Source: Octopus vulgaris
Lineage: Eukaryota
Assembly: GCA_951406725.2 (NCBI GenBank)
Contig: OX597830.1
Coordinates: forward strand, 66,092,001 to 66,156,000
Length of the DNA stretch: 64,000 bases
Direction of reading: 5' to 3'
Shown piece after piece: positions 1 to 12,179 of this stretch. A program made the position numbers and the translations under genes. The notes under the pieces are model-generated. The model did no database searches and was not told where the DNA came from. It saw only the letters and a program-made list of their open reading frames with translations. Position 1 is the stretch's first letter, and each line of letters starts with the position of its first letter.

Positions 1-200
1 TGGAAAACCTAGTGGTGGACCAAGAACTAGATGGTTGGATATTATCCATAGTCTCAGTTGGACGTGCTTGAGAACCCTTTCGCAAAGTCTAATTATGCTG
101 CTTCTGATAGGACCCAATGTAGGAGTTGCTTCAGTCCTCTGCCTCCAACAAACATCTCAGGAATTCTGGGCTGGGCAGAGAAGATAGCTAGCTAGATATG
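1..200 (+). mobile_element. RTE-type LINE C-terminal remnant
   Basis: Reads GKPSGGPRTRWLDIIHSLSW, resembling the GRPRTRW C-terminus of RTE ORFs. A similar relic lies at about 25625-25820. Confidence 0.5.
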
Positions 201-814
201 TTTATATGTATGCATGGACAGAATTTTGGAATAAATGTGCTATATGTACATCATGAGAAAGGAAACAGGTAATTTTCTTGGGGGGGGGGGGGCATTTTTC
301 TTCCCCCACTCCACCCTACTTTAGTAACATTTTCATTTCCATGAGAGACATCCGACTGAAAACTCACACACACACACACACACACACAATATACAAGAGG
401 CCTCCACACGGCTTCCTTCCACTAAATTTCACCTCGAGCCACCTGTTAACCCGTGGCTACAAAAGAAGCACCACCTCAAGGTGCCCACCACCACCACCAC
501 ACACATGCACACACAGTAGGCGCCCATGCGGCAAATTTTGCTCATAAAGCACCTGTCGACATGAGACCACAACAAATAATAGTCACCTGCTCAAGGAACC
601 AAACTCAAAACCGGGTGATTGCAAAACGAATTTCATATATTTAAAGTCAGTGCTTTTAATAATTTAGATTAAAAAAAAAGTAAATGAAAAATTACTTCGT
701 TGTTGCGCAGATTCTAAATATTTCATTGGACTTTGTGGAACATGCCATTGCCAGACAAACATTGAAATCACAGCTACTCTGCATTTCAGTCTAATAATAA
801 TAATTATAAATTTA

Positions 815-990
815 TTTGACTGCAGCCATGCTGGAGCACTGCCTTTAGTCGAGCAAATCGACCCCGGGACTTATTCTTTGTAAGCCCAGTACTTATTCTA
901 TTGGTCTCTTTTGCCGAACCGCTAAGTGACAGGGACATAAACACACCAGCATCGGTTGTCAAGCAATGCTAGGGGGACAAACATATATAT

Positions 991-1062
<72 letters not shown>

Positions 1063-1263
1063 GTGCAGGTGGCACGTAAAAGCCCCACATACATATATAC
1101 GACAGGCTTCTTTCAGTTTCCGTCTACCAAATCCACTCACAAGGCATTGGTCGGCCCGAGGCTATAGCAGAAGACACTTGCCCAAGATGCCACGCAGTGG
1201 GACTGAACCGGGAACCATGTGGTTGGTAGGCAAGCTACTTACCACACAGCCACTCCTGCGCCT
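815..1263 (-). mobile_element. tRNA-headed SINE family A with internal (TA)n tract
   Basis: Minus-strand head ggcgcaggagtggctgtgtggtaag...ggttcagtccc with Pol III A/B-box-like motifs. Family copies end in an (aaaagagt)n tail. More than 20 copies occur in both orientations, e.g. 3498-3890 +, 4246-4652 +, 14983-15383 -, 20753-21185 +, 24578-24982 +, 39548-39955 -, 47393-47790 +, 49232-49628 +, 56835-57224 -. Confidence 0.9.
1001..1059. repeat. (TA)n microsatellite (representative; many TA/TG/CAT/TAA tracts in the window)
   Basis: Directly visible. Others at 18970-19103, 22618-22652, 34116-34157, 45083-45140 and 56053-56085. Confidence 0.95.
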
Positions 1264-2119
1264 ATAAATTTATTATAAATTTATTGATTTTTTTTTTTTT
1301 GCTTGTTAAATTTTGTCCATATTGGGGTATCAAATTCAAGGATTTTAGTTGACCCTACCCACTTTTAATACTATCTCTGGTACTTTGGATTGCACTACCT
1401 ATGTTCAGTTGTCTGCAGGATGAAGGCATCAGCATGTTCTGTCCACCAACCATGGTTTGATGTAGAGGCCATGAATTTGAGCTTGAGTTCATACTCATTA
1501 GATGGGCCAACTCTGCTACACTGGCTTGACAGAGGAGTGCAGTTTTTATACTCTTACCCAGGAGGAGTCAAGTCGGTTACATTGACCCCCCAGTGCTCAA
1601 CTGGTATTTATTTTATTGACCCCAAAAGGATGAAAGGCAAAGTCAGCCTTGATGAAATTTGAACTCAGAACCTAAGGGTATGAAATACCGCTATGCATTT
1701 TGCCCAGAATCCAGCATGCTAGCAATTCCACTAGCTCACCATCTGGTTCTTACTTTATTAATATTGTTAGAAATAAAATGCATGTTGTACTTAACATTAA
1801 AATATAACCCGGACTGACTTAAATACTGGTGTTTTTATGTAGGCATGGCTTAATGGTTAAGATCTTCCCCTCACACCTTGGTTCCAAGTTTTGCTGCACT
1901 GCAGGTGTCCTCTACTACAATCTTCATAGTGCTGGTAGCATGAAAAAGACAGTTAGTACATGCTGTAAAGCGGTTGGTATCAGAATGGCATCCAGCTGTA
2001 GAAACCATACCAAAGTAGACAGTGGAGCATGATGCAGTCCTTAAAAGCCTTTGGATCCTGTCGAACCATCCAATCCATGCAACATAGAAAGAGATATTAA
2101 ATGGCATTTGGAAACCAAT

Positions 2120-2338
2120 TTAACCCTTTCATTACTGTATTTATTTTGAGATGCTCTGTGTTTCTTTGAATTACTTTAAATATAACTAAGTTATAACTTG
2201 GTTATCATTCAGCTAGTTTTAGGAACATAAATTGTGACTAATGTTTGGTGGAAGATTTTAATTCAAAACTTACAAAAACAAGGCATTTGTACTCAGAGCC
2301 AGAGCCGGTTTCAGCCAGGTTGGTAACGAAAGGGTTAA
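2120..2338. mobile_element. TTAA-flanked MITE (piggyBac-like)
   Basis: TTAA|CCCTTTC...GAAAGGG|TTAA. Relatives at 4993-5221 (inverted), 26017-26225 and about 59560-60085. Confidence 0.8.
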
Positions 2339-2869
2339 AGCTGATATTGGAATTAGATATAGTCCTGCAGTCTACCAGATCCTGTCAGACCATCCAGCCC
2401 ATACCAGCCTGAAAGATAGACATTAAATGATGGTGTTATATAGTGCTGGTGCCACGTAAAGCTGCACACAGCCCACCCTGTAAAGTGGTTGGTATTAGGA
2501 AGGGCATCCAGCCATAGAAACTATGCCACAACAAATAATTGGAATTTGTACAGCTCCATATCAAACTGTCCAACTCATGACAGCATCAAAAACAGATTAT
2601 TACTATTATTATTACTATTATTATTATTGTTATTATTATTGTTATTATTTTGAACACGAACATTAAAATGAAATATTTTTGTTTTTGAAATATTTTGTTT
2701 ATAATTGAAAATACTACTTTAATTATCTAATGTGAAGATTAAATTAATAAATAATCAATAAGGATTATGATACATAAATACTGCCATTATTGAAATTTAA
2801 GCACAAACCGAACAAAATAAATACTCTTCTCATGTATTCGAAGTATTACAATGAGCTGCTGCTGCTGTA

Positions 2870-3310
2870 TGACGGGGTGCTGAAAAGTTCCTGGCTTCAA
2901 GGATATTGCGAAGGGCCTGGTTGGAGACCCTTTGAACAGGGTTTATAAAAACTAAAGGACTGCTGCATTAAGTGTATGAACCTGAGAGAGGGATCTCTTA
3001 AATAAACTCATAATTAACCGATCCTCCTTATTTCTTTACTACCCACAAGGGGCTAAACATAGAGGGGACAAACAAGGGCAGACAAACGGATTAAGTCGAT
3101 TACATCGACCCCCAGTGCATAACTGGTACTTAATTTATCGACGCCGAAAGGATAAAAGGCAAAGTCTACCTCGGCGGAATTTGAACTCAGAATGTAACGG
3201 CAGATGAAATACGGCTACGCATTTCGCCCGGCGTGCTAACGATTCTGCCAGCTCACCGCCCTCCTGTATTTTCTTTTAGCCAAAGCCAGGAATTTTTCAG
3301 CACCTCTTCG
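2870..3310. mobile_element. mariner-like MITE with nested SINE B
   Basis: TIRs ggtgctgaaaagttcctggctt / aagccaggaatttttcagcacc with TA at both flanks. A SINE B copy is inserted at about 3029-3260. Confidence 0.75.
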
Positions 3311-3988
3311 TATATGCTTCTGTTAAAAGAATGGATGTGTTTGGTAATCAATGCACAAACATACCTCAACATACATCATTTCAAATTAAGTCGGTTTTTT
3401 TTTTACTTCATCATCTTTTTCTTTTAAAGAAATTAATGGAATAAATCGAGTTCAACTAAAATCAATTTATCTGGCTTTACATCGATTTCAGCAAACATAG
3501 GTGCAGGTGTGGCTGGGTGGTAAGAAGCTCACTTCCTAACCACATGGTTCCAAGTTCAGTTTCACTGCGTGGCACCTTGGGCAAGTGCCTTTTAGTATAG
3601 CCTTGAGCTGAACAAATCCTTGTGAGTGGATTTGGTTGACGGAAACTGAAAGAAGCCCATTGTATGTGTGTGTATAGACATCTGTGTTTGTCCTCTACCA
3701 CCGCTTGACAACTGGTGTTGGTCTGTTTGGTTTTGTAACTTAGCAGTTCAGCTAAAGAGACCAATAGAATAAGTACCTAGTTTAAAAAAAAAAAAATAAG
3801 CGCTGGGGTCAATTCATTCAGCTAAAAAGTTTTCAAGGTGGTGCCCCTGCACGGCTACAGCCTAATGACTGAAATGAAATAAGTAAAAGATATTTAAAAG
3901 AATAAAAATATTTCTAATAATCTAAAACTCAATACTGAAGTGGAAAAATCAAATAAGAGGCATGTGAAAATATGTACAACCCATTTAT

Positions 3989-4217
3989 TTATTTACTACC
4001 CACAGGGGGCTAAACATAGAAGGGACAAATAAGGACAGACAAAGGGATTAAGTCAATTACATCGACCCCTGTATGTAACTGGTACTTATTTAATCGACCC
4101 CAAAAGGATGAAAGGCAAAGTCAACCTTGTCAGAATTTGAACTCGGAACATAACAGCAGATGAAATACTACTAAGCATTTCGCCCAGCGTGCTAATGATT
4201 CTGCCAGCTCGCTGCCC
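3989..4217 (-). mobile_element. tRNA-headed SINE family B
   Basis: Head ggcagcgagctggcagaatc...gagttcaaattc and tail ...cccctgtgggtagtaaata. Other copies at 3029-3260, 6199-6414, 38529-39304, 46200-46410, 48352-48754 and 57342-57572. Confidence 0.85.
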
Positions 4218-4992
4218 TCCATTTATTAAAACAGACATGAGCTATAGGCATAGGAGTGGCTGTGTGGTAAGTAGCTTGCTTACCAACCACATGGTTCCGG
4301 GTTCAGTCCCACTGCGTAGCACCTTGGGCAAGTGTCTTCTACTATAGCCTCGGGCTGACCAAAGCCTTGTGAGTGGATTTGGTAGACGGAAACTGAAAGA
4401 AGCCCGTCGTATATATGTATGTGTGTGTATATGTTTGTGTATCTGTTTGTCCCCCCAACATCGCTTGACGACTGATGGTAGTGTGTTTATGTCCTCGTAA
4501 CTTAGCGATTCGGCAAAAGAGACTGATAGAGTAAGTACTAGGCTTCCAAAGAACAAGTCCTGGGGTTGATTTGCTTGACTAAAAAAAAAAAAAGGCAGTG
4601 CTCCAGCATGGCCACAGTCAAATGACTGAAACAAGTTAAAGAGTAAAAGAGTAATGAATTTAAAAAAGAATTTTTTTTTTCGTGTTTTCCTTTCCCAAGT
4701 CAAGTCACATGTCCTGGAGCCAGTTACTGGTTTAACTTGAATTATGTCTGTATTTAAATGGAAATATGACCACTTACATCCTGCATTGTATTAAGGTCAA
4801 CAGCAGTGATCCCATGAACATACATTTGCCAATTATGCCAAATATTCATATTTTTTTAATGATTTATGGCACTTTAACTAACTGGCACCCTCCATCGATC
4901 ATGATAAGGGTTCCATTTGAGCTGATCGACGGAACAGCCTATTCGTGAAATCAATATGCAATTGGCTGAGCACTCCACAGACGTGCATAGCC

Positions 4993-5221
4993 TTAACCCC
5001 TTTGATACCAACCCGGCTGAAACCGGCTCTTGCTCTGTGGTACAAATGTCTTGTTTTCAAAAGTTCTGAATTAAAATCTTCCACCAAACCTTAGTCACAA
5101 TTTATGTTCCTAACACTTGTTTAATGATAACTAAGTTATTTTACTAAATTCTTTGTTATATTTAAAGTAATTGAAAGAAACACAGAGCATCTCAAAATAA
5201 ATACAGTAACGAAAGGGTTAA
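4993..5221. mobile_element. TTAA MITE inserted into a SINE C-type copy
   Basis: The intact copy at 7880-7920 reads ccttaacgtagttctc. Here the TTAA is duplicated around the insert: ccttaa|MITE|ttaacatagttct. Confidence 0.85.
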
Positions 5222-7781
5222 CATAGTTCTTAGGGAGATTCAGCATAGCACACCGAATGTGAAAAAGCTGGCCCTTTGAATTACTGGTACAATTCATTTT
5301 TGCCAGCTGAGTGAACTGGAGCAACATGAAATAAATAGTGTTGCTCAGGGAACACAGCACACTGCCAGGAATTGAATTCATGACTTCACAATTATTACCT
5401 GAATACCTGAACCACAAAGTCACCTTTCTTCACCAGTATGGCACTTTGTTGAAAAACAGTTTGTCAAAATACAATTGATCAAAATCAAGTAATTGGTCAA
5501 AGCCATACTTGCTCAAATCAACAATTAAATTAAAGAACTGTTCAAATTATATAAAATGGACAGTCAACATCCATTGACAAGGTTGCAAAAGCAGCGAAAA
5601 TTTTAGAAGAAAAACTATAAATGATAAATGAATGGAAATTGAACCAGTGTGTGTGTTAGATAATAAAGCATAGAATAAGTACTAGACTTACAAAGAATAA
5701 GTTCTGGGGTCGATTTGCTCGACTAAAGGCTGTGCTCCAGCATGGCCACAGTCAAATGACTGAAACAAGTCAAAAAAGAGTAAATGTAACACTTATTTAT
5801 CCAGACTATTCATGTATTATCTCATAGCGTTGAGATTTTGATTGAGGGATTGTTTACTTTTAGTATGGCATTGTAGGGTAGGTGTGAGAAACTGTATTGG
5901 CAAGTTTGAACATAAAGCAAATGGAATATTTTGGCTGGATCTAGCCGGTTTACCCTGTCAATTGTAATACTTATTTATTCAGATTACCCTATCAACTATA
6001 ATATTTATTCACGTTTTGAATTAATCATGCATTATCTCACAGCTTCGAAATTTTGATGATGTGATTGTATATTTTTAGAATGACATTATAGAGTAGGTGT
6101 GAGAGGCCAGATCTGGCTAGTTTGAGCATAAAACAGGTTGAATATTTGAGCTAGGTATGGCCTGTTTAAATGCTAAAGGGTGAAAAAAGGAAAGGAATAT
6201 TCTTTTCTACTCTAGGCACAAAGGCCTGAAATTTTGGGGGAGGGGCCCAGTTGATTAGATCAACTCCAGTACGCAACTGGTACTTAATTTACCAACCCTG
6301 AAAGGATAAAAGGCAAAGTCAACCTCAGCAGAATTTGAACTCAGAACATAGTGGTAGACAAAATACCGTTAATCATTTCGCCCAGCATACTAATGCTTCT
6401 GCCAGCCTGCCACTTTAAAGGAAAGGAATATTGATGCACAGACTGTTAACTATGAAGAGATGGAACCAATGAAGAACCCTCTAATTTTCTGTTTTAAAGT
6501 GGTTGACATTAGGAAGGAATCAAGCCATATAAAGAATGCCAAAACAGACATTGGAGCTTGACAAAGCCTTCTGATCTGTTGGGTCCTGTCAAACTATCAA
6601 ACCCATGCCAGTATAGAATTCAGATGATGATGATGATGGTGGTCATCATCATCGTTTAACATCCACTTTCCATGCTAGCATGGGTTGGACGATTTGACTG
6701 AGGACTGGCAAACCAGATGGCTGCACCAGTCTCCAATCTTGATCTGGCAGAGTTTCTACAGCTGGATGCCCTTCCTAACGCCAACCACTCTGAGAGTGTA
6801 GTGGGTGCTTTTACGTGCCACCGGCACAAGGGCCAGTCAAGCAGTACTGGCAACAGCCATGCTCAAATGGTGTTTTTTACGTGCCACCTGCATGGGAGCC
6901 AGTCCAGTGGCACTGGCAACGACCTCACTCGAATGTTTTTTCATGTGCCACCAGCACAAGTTCCAGTTAGGCAACGAATGTAACAATTTAACCCTTTTTC
7001 ATAATTTTGAAAAAAAATTATTTTTACTGTAATTCTTTTGATTCTTGACTCAAACAACAATTAATTTGATCAAGGTTTTTTTATTTTACTTTGTTGTCTT
7101 TTTTTTTCTGCAATTAAGTGTTTTTGATAAATAGTATATCACTCAACCTTCACTCCTATTTCAAGAAGTATCCTAGATTGTAGATTGTATTGTTTAATGA
7201 GTGACTAATTTCAGAAAAATTCTACTTATAACTGTTGATATGAAAATAATCCAGAAGATAAAATGGACATTGATAGCAATAAAACTATCTTTTATTCTTT
7301 TTTATTTTTTAATTTTTTTTTTAAATTTTTTGTTGTCTGGACAATAATTTGTACTCTAATTAGATACCATATGCACATAATTTAAGCATAATTTATATTC
7401 CAAGAAATTACACATTGGGTGGAGGAGTTGAACTTTTTTCTTTTACTTCCTGAAAATTTTAAATTCTCTATTTCACTTGATTGAAATTCTTAGGCAAAAA
7501 TATTTTAAAGGATTAAGGTTTTTTTTTGTTTTTTTTCACAATGTTAGCTTTATAACAGCAAATACACTTTTACAGCCTTCGCCTGTCAAGTTCAAAAAAT
7601 AACTTTCAAATTTACTTTTTCATATTTCTTCGCTTATGGGGCATGAACTTGTTCTATCCATCTTAAACAGCAATTATAATAAATCTAGGCACTTCCTTCT
7701 GTATGTCATAACGTTTAAAGGAAAGTCGGTGCATGTTAAACATGAGAAAGGTTTTTACTGAAACTTCATAGCCCATGTATA

Positions 7782-8167
7782 TGGGAAGCACTCCGTCAGT
7801 TACGACGACGAGGGTTCCAGTTGATCCGAATCAACGGAACAGCCTGCTCGTGAAATTAACGTGTAAGTGGCTGAGCACTCCACAGACACGTGTACCCTTA
7901 ACGTAGTTCTCGGGGATATTCAGCGTGACACAGAGAGTGACAAGGCCGGCCCTTTGAAATACAGGTACAACAGAAACAGGAAGTAAGAGCGAGAGAAAGT
8001 TGTGGTGAAAGAGTACAGCAGGGATCACCACCATCCCCTGCCGGAGCCTCGTGGAGCTTTAGGTGTTTTCACTCAATAAACACTCACAACGCCCGGTCTG
8101 GGAGTCGAAACTGCGATCCTATGACCACGAGCCCGCTGCCCTAACCACTGGGCCATTGCGCCTCCAC
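7782..8167 (-). mobile_element. tRNA-headed SINE family C, full length
   Basis: Minus-strand head ggaggcgcaatggcccagtggttaggg...gtttcgactccc. 13-bp TSD TAGCCCATGTATA (7769-7781, 8168-8180). A tail fragment also occurs at about 63955-64000. Confidence 0.85.
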
Positions 8168-8480
8168 TAGCCCATGTATAGTTATGTGTATTAATGCAAA
8201 GTATAGTATGATTAAATACTCTGTGTGTGTGACTCTTGCCCTGGGCCATGAGTAGCCACAAGTGTTATTAAATCCTGAATTGTATACAACAACCACAATT
8301 CAAATAGTTCTGTTGTTTGGGGATGTAAAACAAGAACAAAGCATTCTTCTGTATGAGAAACAAATTTTAGCTTCATTTTAGAAAGATTTCTTCTTTTTAC
8401 CAAATGTATTTGTGTTTCCTGTACATTCTGTGAACTTCTCTGGATTTTTACTTACCTTGATTTTCGAGTATCATAACAAG

Positions 8481-9014
8481 TATATCTCTAACACATTATT
8501 TACATTTGACAAATATTTGTCCTCATCTTGTCTGTTGTTAACACAACGTTTTGGCTGATATACCCTCCAGCCTTCATCAGGTGTCTTGGGGAAATTTTGA
8601 ACCTGGGTTCTCATTCCTAAGGTATTTTTCGATATTATTATTATTATCATTATTATTATCATTATTCAGGTCGCTGTCTGGAATCGAACTCGGACTCTTG
8701 GGGTTAGTAGCCCGCACTCTTAACCACTATGCCATATGCCTGGGACGTAGTGGTTAAGAGTGTGGGCTACTAATCCCAAGATTCAGAGTTCAATTTTCAG
8801 GCAGTGACCTGAATAATAATAATAATGATATCAAAAAATACCTTAAGTACGAGAACCCAGGTTCAAAATTTCCCCAAGACACCTGATGAAGGCTGGAGGG
8901 TATATCAGTTGAAACGTTGTGTTAACAACAAACAAGATGAGGACAAATATCCATCAAATGTAAATAATGTACATAATTCTTCATCTCTTGAATATAGAAC
9001 TATATCTCTAACAC
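8481..9014. mobile_element. Head-to-head inverted dimer of a tRNA-headed short retroelement with hammerhead-like tails
   Basis: 8493-8970 is an imperfect palindrome. It has tRNA-like A/B boxes at the centre, a (TAA)n spacer, and a CTGATGA...GAAACGTT motif in each arm (degenerate in the left). Flanked by the 14-bp direct repeat TATATCTCTAACAC (8481-8494, 9001-9014). Confidence 0.8.
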
Positions 9015-9869
9015 TTAAGAATTTGGTGATGTTATCCAGTAATGATTCATTTATTACATAATAGTGATTTTATAAAAGAAAGGGAGCTTGGACTTGGAGA
9101 AAATACATATGTCAGTGTCATCTGTACACCCTAGATATCTAAGTAATGTCAGGATTTATTGATTCTGAACAGAAGTGGATGATTGCATATTTGGTCATTG
9201 CATCAATACTTTTATTAGTAACATGGGCTCTACAGACCTTTGAACTTTGAAGCAAAAACCTGTTGAATATTTTCTAGAAGAATTTCCTGACAAAATATTT
9301 TGTCAGGCTGAACAATGAAACCAGAAGATATGCAGGTCAAACAGGGCAATGCCACCACCTTCAGTACTTCAATGGCAGAGATGAAGATATATCTCAGAAT
9401 GCTTTTTTCTTAATGGGAATTGTGCAGCTTCCAAGTTGCAGAAACTACTGGAACAAAAATTCAATTCTGAGACAGAAAAATCAATGCCCAAGAATCAATA
9501 GCTTGTAAATACATGTGTAAACACTTATATGTAATCAACCTACCTGGGCAGGTGAAAGTCACATGACAACAAGTAAAAACCACATTCACAATGTGCACCA
9601 ATATAGTTGTATTCTTCGTTGAAGTACTGTTGGTGTTTAGGGAATGAAGTCTCGGTCTTAGCATGTTGTATGTCTACATCATTGTAGGAGCTCATGTTGG
9701 GGAGGCATTGTATTTGAGAAGAGAGATGCCATGCTTGAACAAGACAACAACCTCCATGTATGTGTGTAAATGTCTATACATTTTTGTATATATTTAGATT
9801 CAGATGAATTAAGTACATAAGTTGAGGCACCAGAATTTAGTACGGTATTATCCATGCAATTTCAAAATA

Positions 9870-10210
9870 AGGTGGTTAAAATCAAAATAAGCAACAGGAT
9901 ACCCAGAGGTAATGCTATACGATCATTTCAAGTGATTCCATTTAATTAAAAAATGCAACCATCACATCAGTTTAAATGCAGAGCAATCCTCAGCTGCATA
10001 AACACGTAGAATTAAATTAGAACAGATGGACACATTAGTATAATTTTACCTAAAACTTCCAAGAAGGTAAGGAGATAGACAAAGAACATGCCATGCTGTT
10101 TTCACTTCAGCTTAGAATGTAATGGTTGTATTAATTAAATGGAGTCGCATGAAACGATCGTACTGCATTAACTCTGGATATCCTGTTGCTTATTTTGATT
10201 TTAATCACCT
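9870..10210. mobile_element. Fold-back element with hammerhead relic (Penelope-type)
   Basis: Inverted arms of about 95 bp (9870-9966 vs 10117-10210). GAAACGATCGTA-CTGCAT at 10151-10168; ATGCAG-CTGAGGA on the minus strand ending at 9999. Confidence 0.6.
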
Positions 10211-11356
10211 CATTTTTCTATGTATGATAGATAGATATCTTGTCATTATCATCATTTAACACCAACCTTTTCACGCTTGACTAAGTCTGGAATTTTTACA
10301 GTCAGATGCCTTTCCTCTCACCAACCCTATTTCCAAGCAAGGTAATATTTCTCCATGGCTGGATTTATTGTCATGGATGATTGTAAATAAGCAATATCAT
10401 TTACAGCTGTCAAATAATCTCAAGACAGGGTACACATAGCACATATATTTATGTATATACATACAACAAGCTTCTTTCAGTTTCCGTCTACCAATCTACC
10501 AAATCCACTTACAAAGCTTTGGTGAGCCTGGGGTTTTAGGGGAAGACACTTGACCCAGATGCCACACAGTAGGACTGAATCCAAGATTGTATGGTTAGGA
10601 AACATGCTTCTTAACCACACTGCTAAGTGTGTGTGTGTGTATGTGTGTGTGTGTGTGTGTGTGACATACGAGTGACCTCTACGAAACCAGTTGCTTGTAG
10701 TTGTTAACATGGAATATTGAGGTTAATGTCTTTGGAATTTAAGTTATGTATTGCTTAGAATGTGTGGAAAGTTATGTACTGTAATTAAACAAATAGAAAT
10801 ATATGTATGATGCTAGCTTGTGTACATTGAAAGTATATTTACCAATCAGTGCATTACCTGCAGACTGCTATTTGTGCCATTCTCTGTGGAACGATTTATA
10901 AAAGAGCTGAAGACACCTCCGAAAGGAGGTGGGGGCACTGCCACGTCAAAACGGTAGAGGAGTAGGGGCTGAAACCGGACGTGGTTCCTCCTGATGATGT
11001 GTTGAACTAACTGGATTCTATAAAGGAGCTGTTGTGGTAGCAGACCACGAAACACGGTTGTAATTCCTCCTAAGGCTTATTTTTAAAGGTCCAAACAATG
11101 GAACACAAATGCAGAAGAAACCTATATTAATTTACCCTTGTTGAGAAAGAATAAGGATGTGATGTGGCCAGCTTCTCCTTTTGCCCTTCTTTGACATTGA
11201 TAAAATAAGTACCAGATAAAGTATTAAAGTTGATATAATCTAATCCTCCAGTATGGCCACAGTCCATTGACTGAAACCAGTAAAGGAGCTTGTGTGTGTG
11301 TGTTGTATATGTAATATACTGCATATGTGTATGAAAAGATGTGTGTGTGTGTAGAT

Positions 11357-11705
11357 CAGGGGTTCAGGACCATTTTTTATCTATGGACCCCTTCAAATAC
11401 CATTCTGTTCTTTTGGACCCCCATAGCCAGTTGATGTTTAGAAACTAGTTTTATAGAAACTTCTTTCAAAATTCCTCTTTTGTTTTCCACACATTAACTT
11501 GTGTAGGTTGAACTGTGTAAAATGTCAGAGAAAGAAACCTACCTGTTTCCTGCAATACATACCAGTACATACATCTAAAGCAGAATTTTTCCAGGGGCCC
11601 TTAAAATACTATCATGGATCCCCAATTTATTATTTTGTTGCATAGACACAAAAAAATTTTATATGGACCCTCAGGGGCCATAGGGACCTAGGTTGAGAAC
11701 CAGTA
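11357..11705. mobile_element. hAT-like MITE
   Basis: Ends caggggttc.../...ggttgagaaccag with repeated atggacccc subterminal motifs. A relative at 31912-32559 (cagtggttctcaacc...ggttgagaaccatt) contains a nested SINE A. Confidence 0.65.
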
Positions 11706-12179
11706 GTGTTGATTGATAGGTGTGTATGTTGTGTGTTGTGGAATAAGAGAAAAGAGTGGAAGCGATTCTGGGGAATGTCGCCAAACAACTTGCAGACAAG
11801 CTTTGTTGTAGTATGTGTGTGTATGTATATTATTCACAAGTTCTGCCTACCCTTTACAACTTCCCTATTCTAATTATTTCTCGGCCATAACCCAGTTATC
11901 TGCTATAATTAATGCATATAGTAACATATCAACACACCAAGTCTTGGTGACATAATTCTCTATAATTTCCCAGAGAATTACAAAAGTGGCATTATTTGTC
12001 TTGAAGTATGTTAAGTACATCAGTTTCATACAAAACAGTAAACAAAAAGAGTTGTGTTATTTACATTCCATCAATGTGCAGATATGACTGTGATTAAGAA
12101 GCTTGCTTCATAATCACTTGGTTTTAAGTTCAATCCACTGCGTGGGCACCTTGGACTAGAGTCTTCTTTTTTTGGGCCT

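Noticed and set aside
8675-8810. Possible tRNA genes, here and at SINE heads such as 8095-8167
   Set aside because: The acceptor stems do not pair properly and the sequences continue into repeat bodies with TSDs. Treated as SINE heads.
9200-9760. Possible LINE endonuclease remnant on the minus strand
   Set aside because: Only faint APT/GDF-like traces; too decayed to support without a profile search.
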